A stretch of 63,921 nt of DNA, counting the filler, from Mitosporidium daphniae (Eukaryota), in assembly GCF_000760515.2 (NCBI RefSeq). It is 6 parts of 6 records of this genome, joined end to end, with 100 filler letters (N's around TTAATTAATTAA, not from the genome) between each part and the next. Parts side by side here need not be neighbours in the genome. Positions count along the whole stretch, not along the records: positions 12,782 to 24,821 come from NW_013546696.1; positions 24,922 to 36,893 come from NW_013546695.1; 4 more parts are not named here. The stretch is one strand, 5' to 3'. The position numbers and the translations under genes were made by a program. Below, in pieces: positions 21,955-33,840 of the stretch; within the stretch, counting starts at the first letter, position 1; each line of letters starts with the position of its first letter. The notes beneath the pieces are model-generated. The model searched no databases. It was not told the DNA's origin and saw nothing but the letters and a program-made list of their open reading frames with translations.

Positions 21955-22269
21955 TACAGCAAAGAAAATTTGGTGTGCACGTTGGACGTTTAATTTTAAT
22001 TTTAATTTTAATTTTACTTTACATGTTCAATTGACAAAAATTTCATCCAATTGGAAGCCATGAAAATCAAATGCATAATAAAAAGCTAATGTTGAATTTA
22101 ATGCTGCGTTACCACGAGCACAAGAATAAATTCTCGCAGCCCGGGACTTTGTCTCTACTAGATACCTATAGCCTTCAACTGACATCAAAAGATATGGGGA
22201 TGCTATTATTGCGCTTCTATTAAAAAGACCGGGCGGTATTTTTATTGCGCTCGATTTATTGACTAATAA

Positions 22270-22969
<700 letters not shown>

Positions 22970-23018
22970 CAGCCTATTAACTTTAAATAAAAAAATAATT
23001 TTTCTAAATTTTCAATTT

Positions 23019-24032
23019 ATGCCGCAACTTTCTCCTGCCATTCTGTCTGGCACTGCATTGGCAGAGTACGCTTCAATAAATTCAAAATTTTAGGAATGTT
23101 TTGGCGACATTAAAATTAAGAATTGAACATCTTCGTAATCTGCACGCAGTTACTTCCAAATTGGCGATCGTCAATGTTGGCACGAATCCAGCTTCGGCCA
23201 AATACATTCGCGCAAAGAAAAAGGCAGCTGAGAAAGTAGCTTGGTGTTTGACCATTAGATAGGTCTATCGTGTGAAATCCATTGGCTACATGCAACAGAA
23301 TCGCCCTTGAAAACCATCATCAGCTTGAATGAGAGGCCGGATGTTCATGGAATTTTACTCCAACTCCCGCTGTCCGACTCGATTGCAACACCAAGTTCGT
23401 TCTTTTGCAATGTTATCTCACCAAAAAAAGACGTCGATGGGTTTGATTCTATTTTTGATCTTTAAAGACTAACAGTACAAAATATTGGCTTGCTTTATGG
23501 TTCGAACTATGGGGAGCCGTTTTTTTACCCATGCACGGCCAAAGGTTGCATGCTTTTGTTGCAAAGCCATTTGGGCTCCAAAGATTTTGGAGGCCTGCAC
23601 GCCGTTGTTATTGGACGGAGCAATATAGCGGGGAGGCCGATCGCTCAATTGCTATTGAATTCAAACGCCACCGTTACCATTTGCCATTCAAAGACGAAAG
23701 ATCTTAAAAAACATGTATTGCCGCTCCCAAAAAGCTATATGTAGGTGATGCAGGCTGACATTCTTGTTTCGGCCACTGGAAAGGGGCATTTTATCCCAGG
23801 ATCTTGGCTGAAATCCGGCTCTGTCATTGTTGATGTAGGTATTAATGTTTGCCAAAAGACAGGTTCGTTGATCGGGGATGTTTGCTATCAAGAGGCCATA
23901 GGGCGAGACATTGCAGCTATTACGCCTGTGCCAGGTGGAATAGGCCCATTAACGGTTGCAATGTTGATGGAGAATACCGTGAACGCCACTGAGGAGTCAA
24001 TAAAAAAGAATCTCCACCATGTGGGATTTTGA
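23019..24032 (+). CDS. Methylenetetrahydrofolate dehydrogenase/cyclohydrolase (FolD-type, no synthetase domain; 4 introns)
   Basis: [69 protein letters not shown]. Confidence 0.92.
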
Positions 24033-24080
24033 ATATTTAGAATCTGAGCATTTCACGCGATTTAATTAATTAATTTGGTT

Positions 24081-24676
24081 ATGAGCTTCCCTTCCATTTG
24101 TGTCCGAAATAACCTNAGCGAATATATCCGGAAATTAGATGAATTCCGTGCAAAATATGCGCTGTCTAAAGATGAATGCAATAGAAAAAGGTAACAAGCA
24201 GCCTTTTCATGCAAAGAGAACACGACAATCGGATTTCGCTGCTATCCATAGCCGAAATAGAGGCCAATTTCAGGGCGCTAAAAACATCCAATGCCTTGGA
24301 TGGACACGCCAATTTGCTTAACAGAAATTGGCAACCTGCGCAGAGTCCAAACTTTGCCTCTAACAAAGAAGATGCCGTTGTTTATAGCCTTGACGACGAT
24401 ATGGATTGGATATTCAACGAAGACGCAGAGATAACTAAAAGCATCCAAAGTGTGTCCAATCCGTTGGGTTCCTTCTCATTAGCTCCACCCCCCAAAAATG
24501 CACCTTCTCCTTTGCCTTCTAATCAATGCTCCCCTGCTCCATGTTCTGATTCTGCTTTTTTGGATGAATTTTCCGAAACGGAAAGGAACCTTCAGCACCC
24601 ACATAAAGGTCCTATTAATTGCTTCATACCCAATAGGCCTTTTCAAAAATTCTCCCATCCTGCCATCAAGAAATAA
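24081..24676 (+). CDS. Hypothetical protein; intron 24191-24216
   Basis: ATG at 24081 after an AT tract; a 26-nt GT-AG intron joins it in frame to ORF 24209..24676. Confidence 0.6.
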
Positions 24677-24697
24677 TTTAAGAGGCATTTCACAGAA

Positions 24698-24821
24698 CGA
24701 TGGGTTAGCCTTCGATGGTTTAGCCTTCGATGGGTTAGCCTTCGATGGTTTAGCCTTCGATGGGTTAGCCTTCGATGGTTTAGCCTTCGATGGGTTAGCC
24801 TTCGATGGTTTAGCCTTCGAT
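24698..24821. repeat. Tandem repeat, 15-bp unit CGATGG(G/T)TTAGCCTT alternating to give a 30-bp higher-order unit, 8+ copies, running into the contig end
   Basis: Read directly from the sequence. Confidence 0.97.
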
Positions 24822-24921
24822 NNNNNNNNNNNNNNNNNNNNNNNNNNNNNNNNNNNNNNNNNNNNTTAATTAATTAANNNNNNNNNNNNNNNNNNNNNNN
24901 NNNNNNNNNNNNNNNNNNNNN

Positions 24922-25568
24922 CTATTTTCACATATCTCAGCTCACTACTTGATGGGGATGGGCAAAACATAATTGCACAAAAGCTTCCCAAAGTTGGCGG
25001 ATCAGATGCGACGACGTGGGAAATTTCTCTTCCAATTCAGTCAAAATCATGCTCTTCAAAAAAAGAACAGCTTATGCAACTAATTGACCAGCTATTGAGC
25101 TCTGATATGGAAAATAGCCTACTCGTATCTCATAATGCTCGAAAACTCCTTGAGGCAATATCAACACAACTAAAAGAATGTCAAGATCTTCCCTCAGAAT
25201 CTTCATTACCATCATCACCTATCACAAATATCGGAAAATCAGAATATGAACGACTAAGAATATCGACATATAAGAGCAAAAGTTCAAAGGGAAATTCTCC
25301 GCAGGAATTTTCGGCAGGCACTAATCTCAATCAGATACCTTCACCGTGCTCCTCGGTCTCGCCAGCCTCTTCTCCAAAAGCAAAAAAATATGTTGCACTT
25401 TACGACTCCACTGCAGAGTCTCATGATGAACTCTCCTTTTGTAAGGGAGACCAATTCGAGGCCTTGCCAAGCAACTCTTCTGAAGATCAGGAAGAGTGGC
25501 TATATGTGCTTCACCTTTACACAGGCCTTCGCGGATACGTTCCTGCAACCTATGTCAGCCAGATCTGA
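24922..25568 (+). CDS. C-terminal SH3-domain protein (5' partial)
   Basis: YVALYDSTAESHDELSFCKGD...EEWL...GLRGYVPATYV. Confidence 0.85.
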
Positions 25569-25880
25569 CCAAATAGTTAGTTATTTTTGGATCAATAAAC
25601 GCGCAAATTGTTCACCCATTCATTAAAACAAAACGAAACACGTGTAAATCGATTGGATCTTCGTTTCAGAACAAAATATAGCGACAGCACCCGTAATGCT
25701 TCTCGAATCTGTCATGGATTGTCGAAACAGATGATATTTCTATTCAAGTAAACATCAGCGCTTGTAATGTCAAAGTGTTCAAGTAAATTAAATTTAAGAA
25801 ATTCTTTTGTTGCTAACGCCTGAGACGGCGTTTCAGCTACACTGCAAATGCTCACCCTGGATTTTCCTTTTCCGTAAGGC

Positions 25881-27245
25881 ATGGTCTATTTTGTCGGAGA
25901 GCTTCTTGGGAAGGGCTCCTACGGGAATGTTCATGCCGGTCGGAACGAGCTCACTGGTTTTGAGGTTGCCCTCAAATTCATTGATAAATCAGCCGTACTA
26001 AAGAAACCATCACACTATGAACGTCTTAGGAGGGAGGTACGAATTCTCAGACTAATCAAGGAGAAATCTCCCTTTCTTTTGTCTTTGCATGCCGTTCATG
26101 AGACACCAACACATTTGATCATTGTGACAGAGCTTCTTAAGGGGGGCGAATTGATTTCTCCAATCAAAGAGGGCTCTTTCAAGGAGGAGACCTTTGCTCG
26201 TGAAATATTTGGCCAGCTTGTTTCGGCCGTCCATCTCTTGCATGAGCATGGAATTATTCATCGGGACATCAAGCCTCAGAATGTTCTCCTTTCGGCAGAT
26301 AAAAAGAGACTAAAATTGGTTGACTTTGGATTTGCCACCATTTGGAGCCAGGATGAACGCCAGCGGTCTTTTTGCGGTTCGCCCTACTATGCATCTCCAG
26401 AAATGGTAAACGGAATTCCTTATAAGGGTCCAGAAGTTGATATTTGGTCGCTTGGTGTGATCCTGTATTCAATGATCTCTGGGGGCCGCCTACCCTTTGT
26501 AGACAATACACTCAAGGGTCTATATGCCAGAATTGCAACGGGCCGAGCTGACCCTCTACCTGGAATCTCACTAGCCCTGGGCGACTTGATTTCTTGTATG
26601 CTTTCGCCCGATCCATCTACCCGAGCCACAATCACCCAAGTTATGATGCACCCATGGCTTTCTTTGCAGGATCAGCAAGTTAGTGATCCGCTTCGGATCA
26701 TCCCTCAATTCCCACTTTCTCTAAAAATTCTTACACATGTGGCGCTTCTTCTTCAGCCCGCTCAAGCAGAAGCGCACCTTGGAAGGCCTAGCCCCGCAAA
26801 ACTAGCATGGCTTGCTCGACATATTCAGGAAAAGCCGTTTGGACATGCCGCCAAGCTCTACCTTTTGCTTGGACATCGAGAAACTGATGGCACCAAGATG
26901 CCTGACATTGCTGTTTGCTCAACACCCTCTTCATCTTCATCAGCTTCTCTTTCTTGCCATCAACAGGAAAAGAAGGGAATTATGCGGTTTTTGGCCGAGC
27001 GATTCGGAATCATGTCTTCACATTTCCAGTATCGACGGAAGTATCACAATTCCCATGGCTCAAAACCCTATTCTCAGGTGCTACCCTTAGGTAGTGACGG
27101 GACAAATTGCAAAGGTGCTCTTGGGGGACATTTCGTAATGTTACCGGAGGAGCTCGAGCCCCTACCAATGCCCCAACCCCCGGCTATCAATAGTATTTTG
27201 CCAATCCCAATGCCCACCTCCTCCCTTGTCAGTCGTATTGTTTGA
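25881..27245 (+). CDS. Ser/Thr protein kinase, SNF1/Kin1/MARK (CAMKL) group
   Basis: GKGSYG, VALK, HRDIKPQN, DFG, FCGSPYYASPEM, YKGPEVDIWSLGVILY. Confidence 0.9.
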   Translation: MVYFVGELLGKGSYGNVHAGRNELTGFEVALKFIDKSAVLKKPSHYERLRREVRILRLIKEKSPFLLSLHAVHETPTHLIIVTELLKGGELISPIKEGSFKEETFAREIFGQLVSAVHLLHEHGIIHRDIKPQNVLLSADKKRLKLVDFGFATIWSQDERQRSFCGSPYYASPEMVNGIPYKGPEVDIWSLGVILYSMISGGRLPFVDNTLKGLYARIATGRADPLPGISLALGDLISCMLSPDPSTRATITQVMMHPWLSLQDQQVSDPLRIIPQFPLSLKILTHVALLLQPAQAEAHLGRPSPAKLAWLARHIQEKPFGHAAKLYLLLGHRETDGTKMPDIAVCSTPSSSSSASLSCHQQEKKGIMRFLAERFGIMSSHFQYRRKYHNSHGSKPYSQVLPLGSDGTNCKGALGGHFVMLPEELEPLPMPQPPAINSILPIPMPTSSLVSRIV

Positions 27246-27547
27246 AATAATCTTCAGTCAAGTAAATGTACATCATGTGAATTTCTGTATGCAAAAGTTG
27301 TAGACTAATATAATAATAAATTATGAAGCACCCACATCGCATCAAATCAATGAGCAGCTTATAATTAAGTGTGAAACTTTAATGTTGCCGTGGTGAATAA
27401 AAATACGCTTCAGCACACTATTACACGCCAACAATTTAAATGGTCTTTTTACTAAGGGTGCCAAGTTTACGGATGATGGTCTATTTTAAATGCTGGAAAT
27501 TTCAGGTTTAATAATTTACATGCCACGTACTGTATACAATCCCCATT

Positions 27548-28274
27548 CTACAAAAATGCAAGAAGAAGCAGGAATATTATCAAAAATAGAACTGTGGCCA
27601 TCACAGCACGGTCATTGCGCGACGAGCGACGATAGGCGAGAACCGCCCGTTTGGAGACTCGCTCCATACTTTCATCCAAAGCGGTAAAATGCGTTTCTAT
27701 TCGGTTAATCCAGCTAATGAGAAAAAGTTGTGCAGGAAACATACCTTTTTTGTGTCTCAATCTCTGAATTGATCTGGTGCGCCTGCTCTCTAACGTTTCC
27801 AACGACAGAGATCAAATGGTCTAAATGTCTTTGCTGGTCAGTGCAAGGAACCTCAAAATGAAAAGTTGTTGTGACTGCTGTCGAAGATGATGGCGATGCT
27901 TGGGGATCTTGATTTAGAAGCTCTGGATTCCCCACCTCTGCTCCCCGCTTCAATGCTGCCAGCCTTGCAGACATTGACTGATAAAACGCCATTCTTTTTG
28001 GGAGCTCGACACTGGCATTTATATGTGGGAAAAGTGTTGAGTTTTCAAGTACACTGTCAATTGTTTGCTTAAGCGTAACAAGATCCTGTTGAATGCTGTG
28101 GATATCTTTTACCGATTTAACCTTGGCCATTTGATGTTCAATCCTATCTCGGAGCAGAAAATAAGGATCTCTGGATTGGGGAGGATATGAGGGAAACTCC
28201 ACGGTGCAATCCTGCCCTATCAAAATGGGGCTGTCTCGCGGAGAGTGCCGTATCTGAGGAGTCGAATTTGCCAT
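27548..28274 (-). CDS. Qc-SNARE, syntaxin-6/Tlg1-like (1 intron)
   Basis: DPYF N-terminal motif, QQRHLDHLISVVGNVREQAHQINSEIETQ SNARE heptads, C-terminal TM anchor after splicing. Confidence 0.75.
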
Positions 28275-28403
28275 CTAAATTTTAAAAAGTAAAATTCGGC
28301 TTGGCTACTTCCATTAAATTGCAAAAAAACGGTGATCTTCACGATTCCTTTAAAATTTACGTTATTTTTATGGTGGTAAATATGAATCCATATCAGGTTT
28401 ATT

Positions 28404-28784
28404 CTATTGTATAAAATTTATAATCGCAAGGAAAAATATCACAACAAAACAAAGAAAAGAGCCCAAGATTGGATATACGCCTTTTTTGGGCTCTTCCTGG
28501 GTATAGGATCTAAGGCACATAACGAGTACAAACATTCCAATTGGCGGGAGAAAGCCACCCAAAAAACTTTTATACGCATCTCGAGTGAGGAGGCCATACG
28601 TGAATATTATAATTCCATTTATCAAGAAAAAAACCAATACCGAGTCTAAAGCCTTGTGAAAAGCAGATGTTTTGGCAGCGTATCTTTTGGAGATCTCTCT
28701 TGTCAGATTACAATTCGATTCTTCGTTTAAGGCAGCAGAATTATTTAAGATCGAAGAAGTGGAGAAATTGCCCTTCTTGGCCAT
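28404..28784 (-). CDS. OST2: Oligosaccharyltransferase subunit Ost2/DAD1
   Basis: KALDSVLVFF..GIIIFTYGLL..DAYKSFLGGF..IGMFVLVMCLR, three TM helices, ends INFIQ. Confidence 0.8.
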   Translation of the reverse strand: MAKKGNFSTSSILNNSAALNEESNCNLTREISKRYAAKTSAFHKALDSVLVFFLINGIIIFTYGLLTRDAYKSFLGGFLPPIGMFVLVMCLRSYTQEEPKKGVYPILGSFLCFVVIFFLAIINFIQ

Positions 28785-28853
28785 TTAATCAAAGGATCAA
28801 TTGAACTTTTTAAAATTTACATTCAAAACTTGCATTCAAAATTTCAACTCACT

Positions 28854-30429
28854 TTACATTGACAGCAGCTCTTCAGCCATTGTTGGGTGTAGAGCAATCG
28901 CAGTGTCCATGATCTGCTTCGTCAGGTGTCCCGTAGCCATCGCTACTGCAAATCCCTGAATTATTTCCTCGGAACATGGACCAAACATGTGGATTCCGAC
29001 AACTCTTTGTTCTTTTCCAACGCAAACCAATTTGTAAGTTGCGGTACGTTTGCGAATTTGATCTCCCGGAACACTAATGGCTGATATCATCATTGGAGTA
29101 AAAGTCTTCACGTATGAATAGACATTTTCACTGCCGTAGCTTTTTTTTGCTTCACTTTCAGAATGCCCAACACTTGCAACTGGAGGCACGCTGAATATTG
29201 CTGTTGGGATTGGAACGCTCTTGTTAAAACAGGGTCCATTTCCAAAAATTTGATCTATAAGCGACCTTCCCTGAGCGATTGCAACGGGCGTCAAATGCTG
29301 GCCATAAATAATATCCCCAATTGCATAGAGCCCTGGAATAGCGGTTTCAAATGTTGTCTCGTTCACTATTACTAAACGAGACTTTGGATCTATTATTTCT
29401 TCAGGAAGCCCGTTGATTTCGGTGTTAGGAGATCTTAAATAAGAAAAGGCTAGTTTACCTGCCTATAGCCCAAATCATTAAATCTGCGTAGATTTCCATT
29501 TTTTCCACGGGGGAGGTTAGAGAAGAAACCACTATTCGAGATGTGCTGGCAGATCCATTATCACAGGCCAAACTCTCTATTTGAGTAACTGCATGCATGT
29601 AAAAAATTTTGACACCCTCTCTCTCAACAAGCTCCTTATGAAGTGCGCTGACAATGTCGTGGTCAAAGGGGATAAGCAGCCTATCATCCCGAACGACCAC
29701 AATAACATTTTCACTTCCAAGAGATTTCAAAATCGATGCAAGCTCGATGGCGATATATCCTCCGCCTGCGATTACAACGGTCTTTGGAATGGAAGGAAGT
29801 TTCCAGAAATCATCAGATGTTATTCCGGTCAATGAAAGAGGATATTCTGGAAGTTTTGGACGCCCCCCGGTCGCCAGAAGTATTCTTTCTCCATTCACTG
29901 CGATTTTAGCCCCATCGCTGGCTCTATATGCAATAACTGTTTTCGAGTAGCGAGATACATCAACTTCTGTCACGTCAAATCCAAGAAAAACATCTACATC
30001 AGAAAGGCTTGAAAAAAACCCGGCATAAGAGCGACGGATTCTGTTGATGTATGAGTTTCTGGCCTTTCGATTTACCTCCATTTCAAACCAAAATGATTCT
30101 TTTATTCCGTGATTTTGGTAGCTTTTTGCACTAGTGAGAGAGTCAAAAATGCCATATCCAGCGTATAGACGTCTGGTCTGGGCTAATGATGCTGCAGTCC
30201 ATGCTACTTTTTTTGGAATACACCCAACATTTACACACGTGCCGCCAATAAAGCTTTGCTCTATTACGGCAACTTTAGCACCATAATGACTGGCTCTCTT
30301 GACGGCAGCAAGCCCCCCTGAACCCAATCCAATGATAACCAAATCGTAAATTAATGGCGCATTGCATTCGGAGCGGTCCAAGATAAAGATCAGTAGGATG
30401 AAAATGCCGAAAATACTTGCCATCATCAT
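28854..30429 (-). CDS. GLR1: Glutathione reductase-type pyridine nucleotide-disulfide oxidoreductase; intron 29434-29458
   Basis: IGLGSGG, GGTCVNVGCIPKK, GGGYIAIE, LTPVAIAQGR, EIIQGFAVA, HPTMAEEL. Confidence 0.9.
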
Positions 30430-30890
30430 CCGCTATGTTTTAGTCACAGCAATAAATTCTAAGGCTTTAATAGCGGTAACCATGGAAAATCCGGGAAAAA
30501 ATTTAACATTATCGATTGGAAAGCCTAGCTGGGCTCTTACGCAAAAGTTTAAAAAGTAGCCGTAAAGGAAATACCATACTGGATGCATATGTCCACCACC
30601 GCGATTACACATTCCCTCTTGAAGCTTTGCGTTTTTCGTTGCCCACTTTACAAGTATTTGTCATTCTTTAGCAGATCAGCTCTTTGTCGTTAATGATGGT
30701 TCTGGTAATTAATATTGAGAATTGAAAATTCACCAAAAATGTCTGCCAATAATCCTAACCTCGCAATCTGTCAAGGGGGTGAATTGAAGTCCTGCCGCAG
30801 GTAAATCCATCAAAATATATGGAACCATTGGCACGCCAAAAGTACATGCGAAAAGTACATAGTATTAAGTTTAATATAAGCACAGGTCTA

Positions 30891-32351
30891 TCATTTCCCA
30901 GTTTGTCTGCCTCGTTTTGCAGTCTGGAGGAAAGTATCCAGTCCGAAGGGATCGTCTTCTCCTGCGTCATTATCAGCAACATGTCTCTTTTCTGGCTTTG
31001 AGAATTCGGTCGATGTAACGCCACCCCTTTCAAATTGAACCGGCCCTGTGCGTTGGGAGGGGAGAGGGGCAGTCTCCCTACTAACCCCCCCACTTTCCGA
31101 GCCAAGCCCTGCTCGTGGCCTTTTAGACATGGTGGTTTCTTCTGTAGTTAATTCACCATTAATGTCAGATTGGCGAACATTTGGGCGATAAACAAGCGAG
31201 GAGGCCGATCCTGAAAACAGCGGCTTTTCGTAGACAGCGTATGTGTCATCATTGGCTGAAAAGTTAGAGGAGATTCCTTCGGTTTGGTTGTAAAGACGGG
31301 TATCAAATAATGAAGAGCCAGGACCTCCCGATGCTGAAATGGGGACGTTGAGAGCAATTTTTTCAGAAATATCACGCTCTCGACCGACGCTCCCACGCTT
31401 ATTATATTCAGCAGCCCGATGGCGAGCGACGTCTCTTCGAAGAGCGTCACGCTCATAAATTTCGTCTGAATGATGATTTGATCCTTGATGTGCAAAGGCC
31501 GCAGCCCTGGTTTCCTTTGCGATTTCCCTGAGACGGGCCTCCTTCTCGAGACGCTCATTTGCTGCCAGCGAACGTTCAAGAGCATTTCGGCGCGCCACCT
31601 CTTCACGAGCATGAGCTTCTGCCACATACAATGACTCGGCAAATGCGGCAAACTTATCGTTTATCACAGACTCCTGCAACGACCTACCATCACAAGCTAA
31701 GCGTTTGTCGAGGGGAATTGTATAGCCTTTTGGATTTTTCCAATTGGAGATAGATGGCGGAACAATCCACGCTTTATACTCATCTGAAGTTGCCTTTCTT
31801 ATCGGAGAATGCAAGACAGGAACGGGGGGTGATGGAGGCCCCCTAGGGATCTTCCGATGTTTAAACTTTGCTGGATCAAGAGGGTCCGCCTGGGCCTCCA
31901 CCATTTTAATGACCCTGTTTTTTGGTGCATCTGGATTCACCAATAAATTCAAAGCAGAAGGCTTATATTCGATCATGGTAAGTTTCGAGGTGGATGCTTG
32001 AGTAGCGGAAAGACCCTCTTGTTTCGGCAACGTGCTTTTTATCCGCTGGCTGACAATTGCCTCAAGTGCCTTTCGGGTCAATTCTGTGGTTGTGTTTATT
32101 TCTTCCTGCGACGGACGAGGAAACTGCTCGTCATCGTTGATACGACGAGGGCGAGAATCGGAGTCTCTGGCATAAATGATTCTGGAAGCAGAATGGCCAA
32201 CTCTGACAGTAGTGTCATATTGGAGCATTCCTTTGGAATCAAGAATCTTGGGGAGAACGGATCCCGACAGCGAAATTGTCCCCGAAATGCCACGTAGTGG
32301 CGAGCGTTTGATGGAAGTAGCGGAAACAAGAGGAACAAGTCCTTTGTCCAT
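30891..32351 (-). CDS. PRP45: Spliceosomal SNW/SKIP protein Prp45
   Basis: DPLDPAKFKHRKIPRGPPSPPVPVLHSP, PPSISNWKNPKGYTIPLDKRLA, RDISEKIAL. Confidence 0.95.
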   Translation of the reverse strand: MDKGLVPLVSATSIKRSPLRGISGTISLSGSVLPKILDSKGMLQYDTTVRVGHSASRIIYARDSDSRPRRINDDEQFPRPSQEEINTTTELTRKALEAIVSQRIKSTLPKQEGLSATQASTSKLTMIEYKPSALNLLVNPDAPKNRVIKMVEAQADPLDPAKFKHRKIPRGPPSPPVPVLHSPIRKATSDEYKAWIVPPSISNWKNPKGYTIPLDKRLACDGRSLQESVINDKFAAFAESLYVAEAHAREEVARRNALERSLAANERLEKEARLREIAKETRAAAFAHQGSNHHSDEIYERDALRRDVARHRAAEYNKRGSVGRERDISEKIALNVPISASGGPGSSLFDTRLYNQTEGISSNFSANDDTYAVYEKPLFSGSASSLVYRPNVRQSDINGELTTEETTMSKRPRAGLGSESGGVSRETAPLPSQRTGPVQFERGGVTSTEFSKPEKRHVADNDAGEDDPFGLDTFLQTAKRGRQTGK

Positions 32352-32424
32352 TAAATAAAAATTTTAAATGTAACATTTAAATGTTTGCTAGTAAAGTGGA
32401 TATTGGCCCTCAGTTTCTTTTGAT

Positions 32425-33366
32425 TTAATATTGGTTTTCTCTCAGGTTTTCGTTCTTATTCGCAATTCTTGTCGAAAAGTGGTGATTTACATCGCGGTGG
32501 TTCGCTTCATCTGCGCGTATAGCGAGAACTACGTCTCTTAAAGTTGCGTCGCTTTGCAGGTTCCAGTAATCAATGGCAATAGAGGGAGCGGGTGTATTTT
32601 CAATCCTTCCCTCATCAATTTCCTTGAGGAACGCAGTATATGAGATTACAGCTTCCTCTTCAAGGTATCCAACCATTCTGTGGGCCGTCTTTGGAGTTAT
32701 CAAATAAAAAACGGCAAAAAAGTTGAGAAAAATTCCTTGCACTGCAGTAACCAGGATCCTTTCGGCCAAATTTGGTTTTGTTATTTTCATCCAAGTCATC
32801 AAATGCATCCTCTCATTTTCAGCCTCGAGTAGAAGCTGATGAATCCATCCGCCATCATGTTGCTAGCAATAGGACGATATTAACGATACCATTCGTCGCA
32901 GGGATCGCATATGCCTCACCATTGCTGCAACCATCCCAGGAACTGCCGCAACTGTCTCAAGCACAATGGCACGATGTACATACCTTTTTTGGAAAAAAAG
33001 ATCTGCAAATACTCTCAAAAATTTTACCAGGCCATAAGCAATCTTGTCGGAGAAAGTATCTAAAGTTATCGAAGAAAATGCCAAAATACCGGCTTGACGG
33101 TGGTACCCAATTGAAACATCAATGGATTCAAGTGTTTTTGTGCTAAGCGGTGGATTGGATGTTGAGAATTCAAGGCGAACAGGTAGCGGCTTAAAAAAGT
33201 GCATATTAGGGGCAATTTCAATATCCTTTTTATCGTTTGTTGAAATTGACTTGCCAAACAAAAAATCAGACACTGGTGCCAATAGGGTTGACGGCCTTTT
33301 GATTCCTTTGAAAACCGAAATGACGCTTCCCTTACGAAATTTGTTCATGTCAAATATTTTGTTCAT
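32425..33366 (-). CDS. AOX: Alternative oxidase (2 introns)
   Basis: [49 protein letters not shown] di-iron motifs. Confidence 0.96.
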
Positions 33367-33783
33367 GCTCGGAAAAAGACGGATTAAAAATTACTATTTG
33401 TACATCGACACATTTTACACATTAAATTGATCAACGCGTGCATCAACAATTATTAATGTTTATTTTGAAGTAGAACAGTTGCAATTGATTAAAATCCAAA
33501 TCGTGTAATCTGTACTCTGCATGCAAAAAGATATTTATATTAAAATCGACCGGTTTAATATCCATGCTCGGCTGCTTGAAGATTTATCAGAATGTCTCTG
33601 ATGCTAAACCATTTTCTATTGGTAGCGATATTAACAAAAATTGGAATCTCAAAACAGAGGGCTTAATATATTTTCTGGATCGCCTTATGAATATTTCTTC
33701 ACATAAAAGACCGGTCCACTGGGTAAGTTGAGAGCTCTATTTTAAAAAAGCACCATGCCACAATGAAATATGTTCGATTTCCC

Positions 33784-33840
33784 AATGATTGGTCAATTTG
33801 AAAACTCGCTATTGGTCGTTTTAAATTAATGATTGGTCAA
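33784..33840. promoter_or_regulatory. Duplicated 13-mer AATGATTGGTCAA plus a third ATTGGTC (inverted CCAAT boxes)
   Basis: Copies at 33784-33796 and 33828-33840, ATTGGTC at 33811-33817. Confidence 0.45.

Noticed and set aside
24062..24073. TTAATTAATTAA outside a gap
   Set aside because: No flanking Ns; it fits the ordinary AT-rich tract before an ATG
24698..24821. CRISPR-like array
   Set aside because: No unique spacers, eukaryotic context and no cas genes
24498..24869. + strand ORF with (DGLAF)n
   Set aside because: Out-of-frame overlap with the 24081-24676 gene; a by-product of the 15-bp repeat
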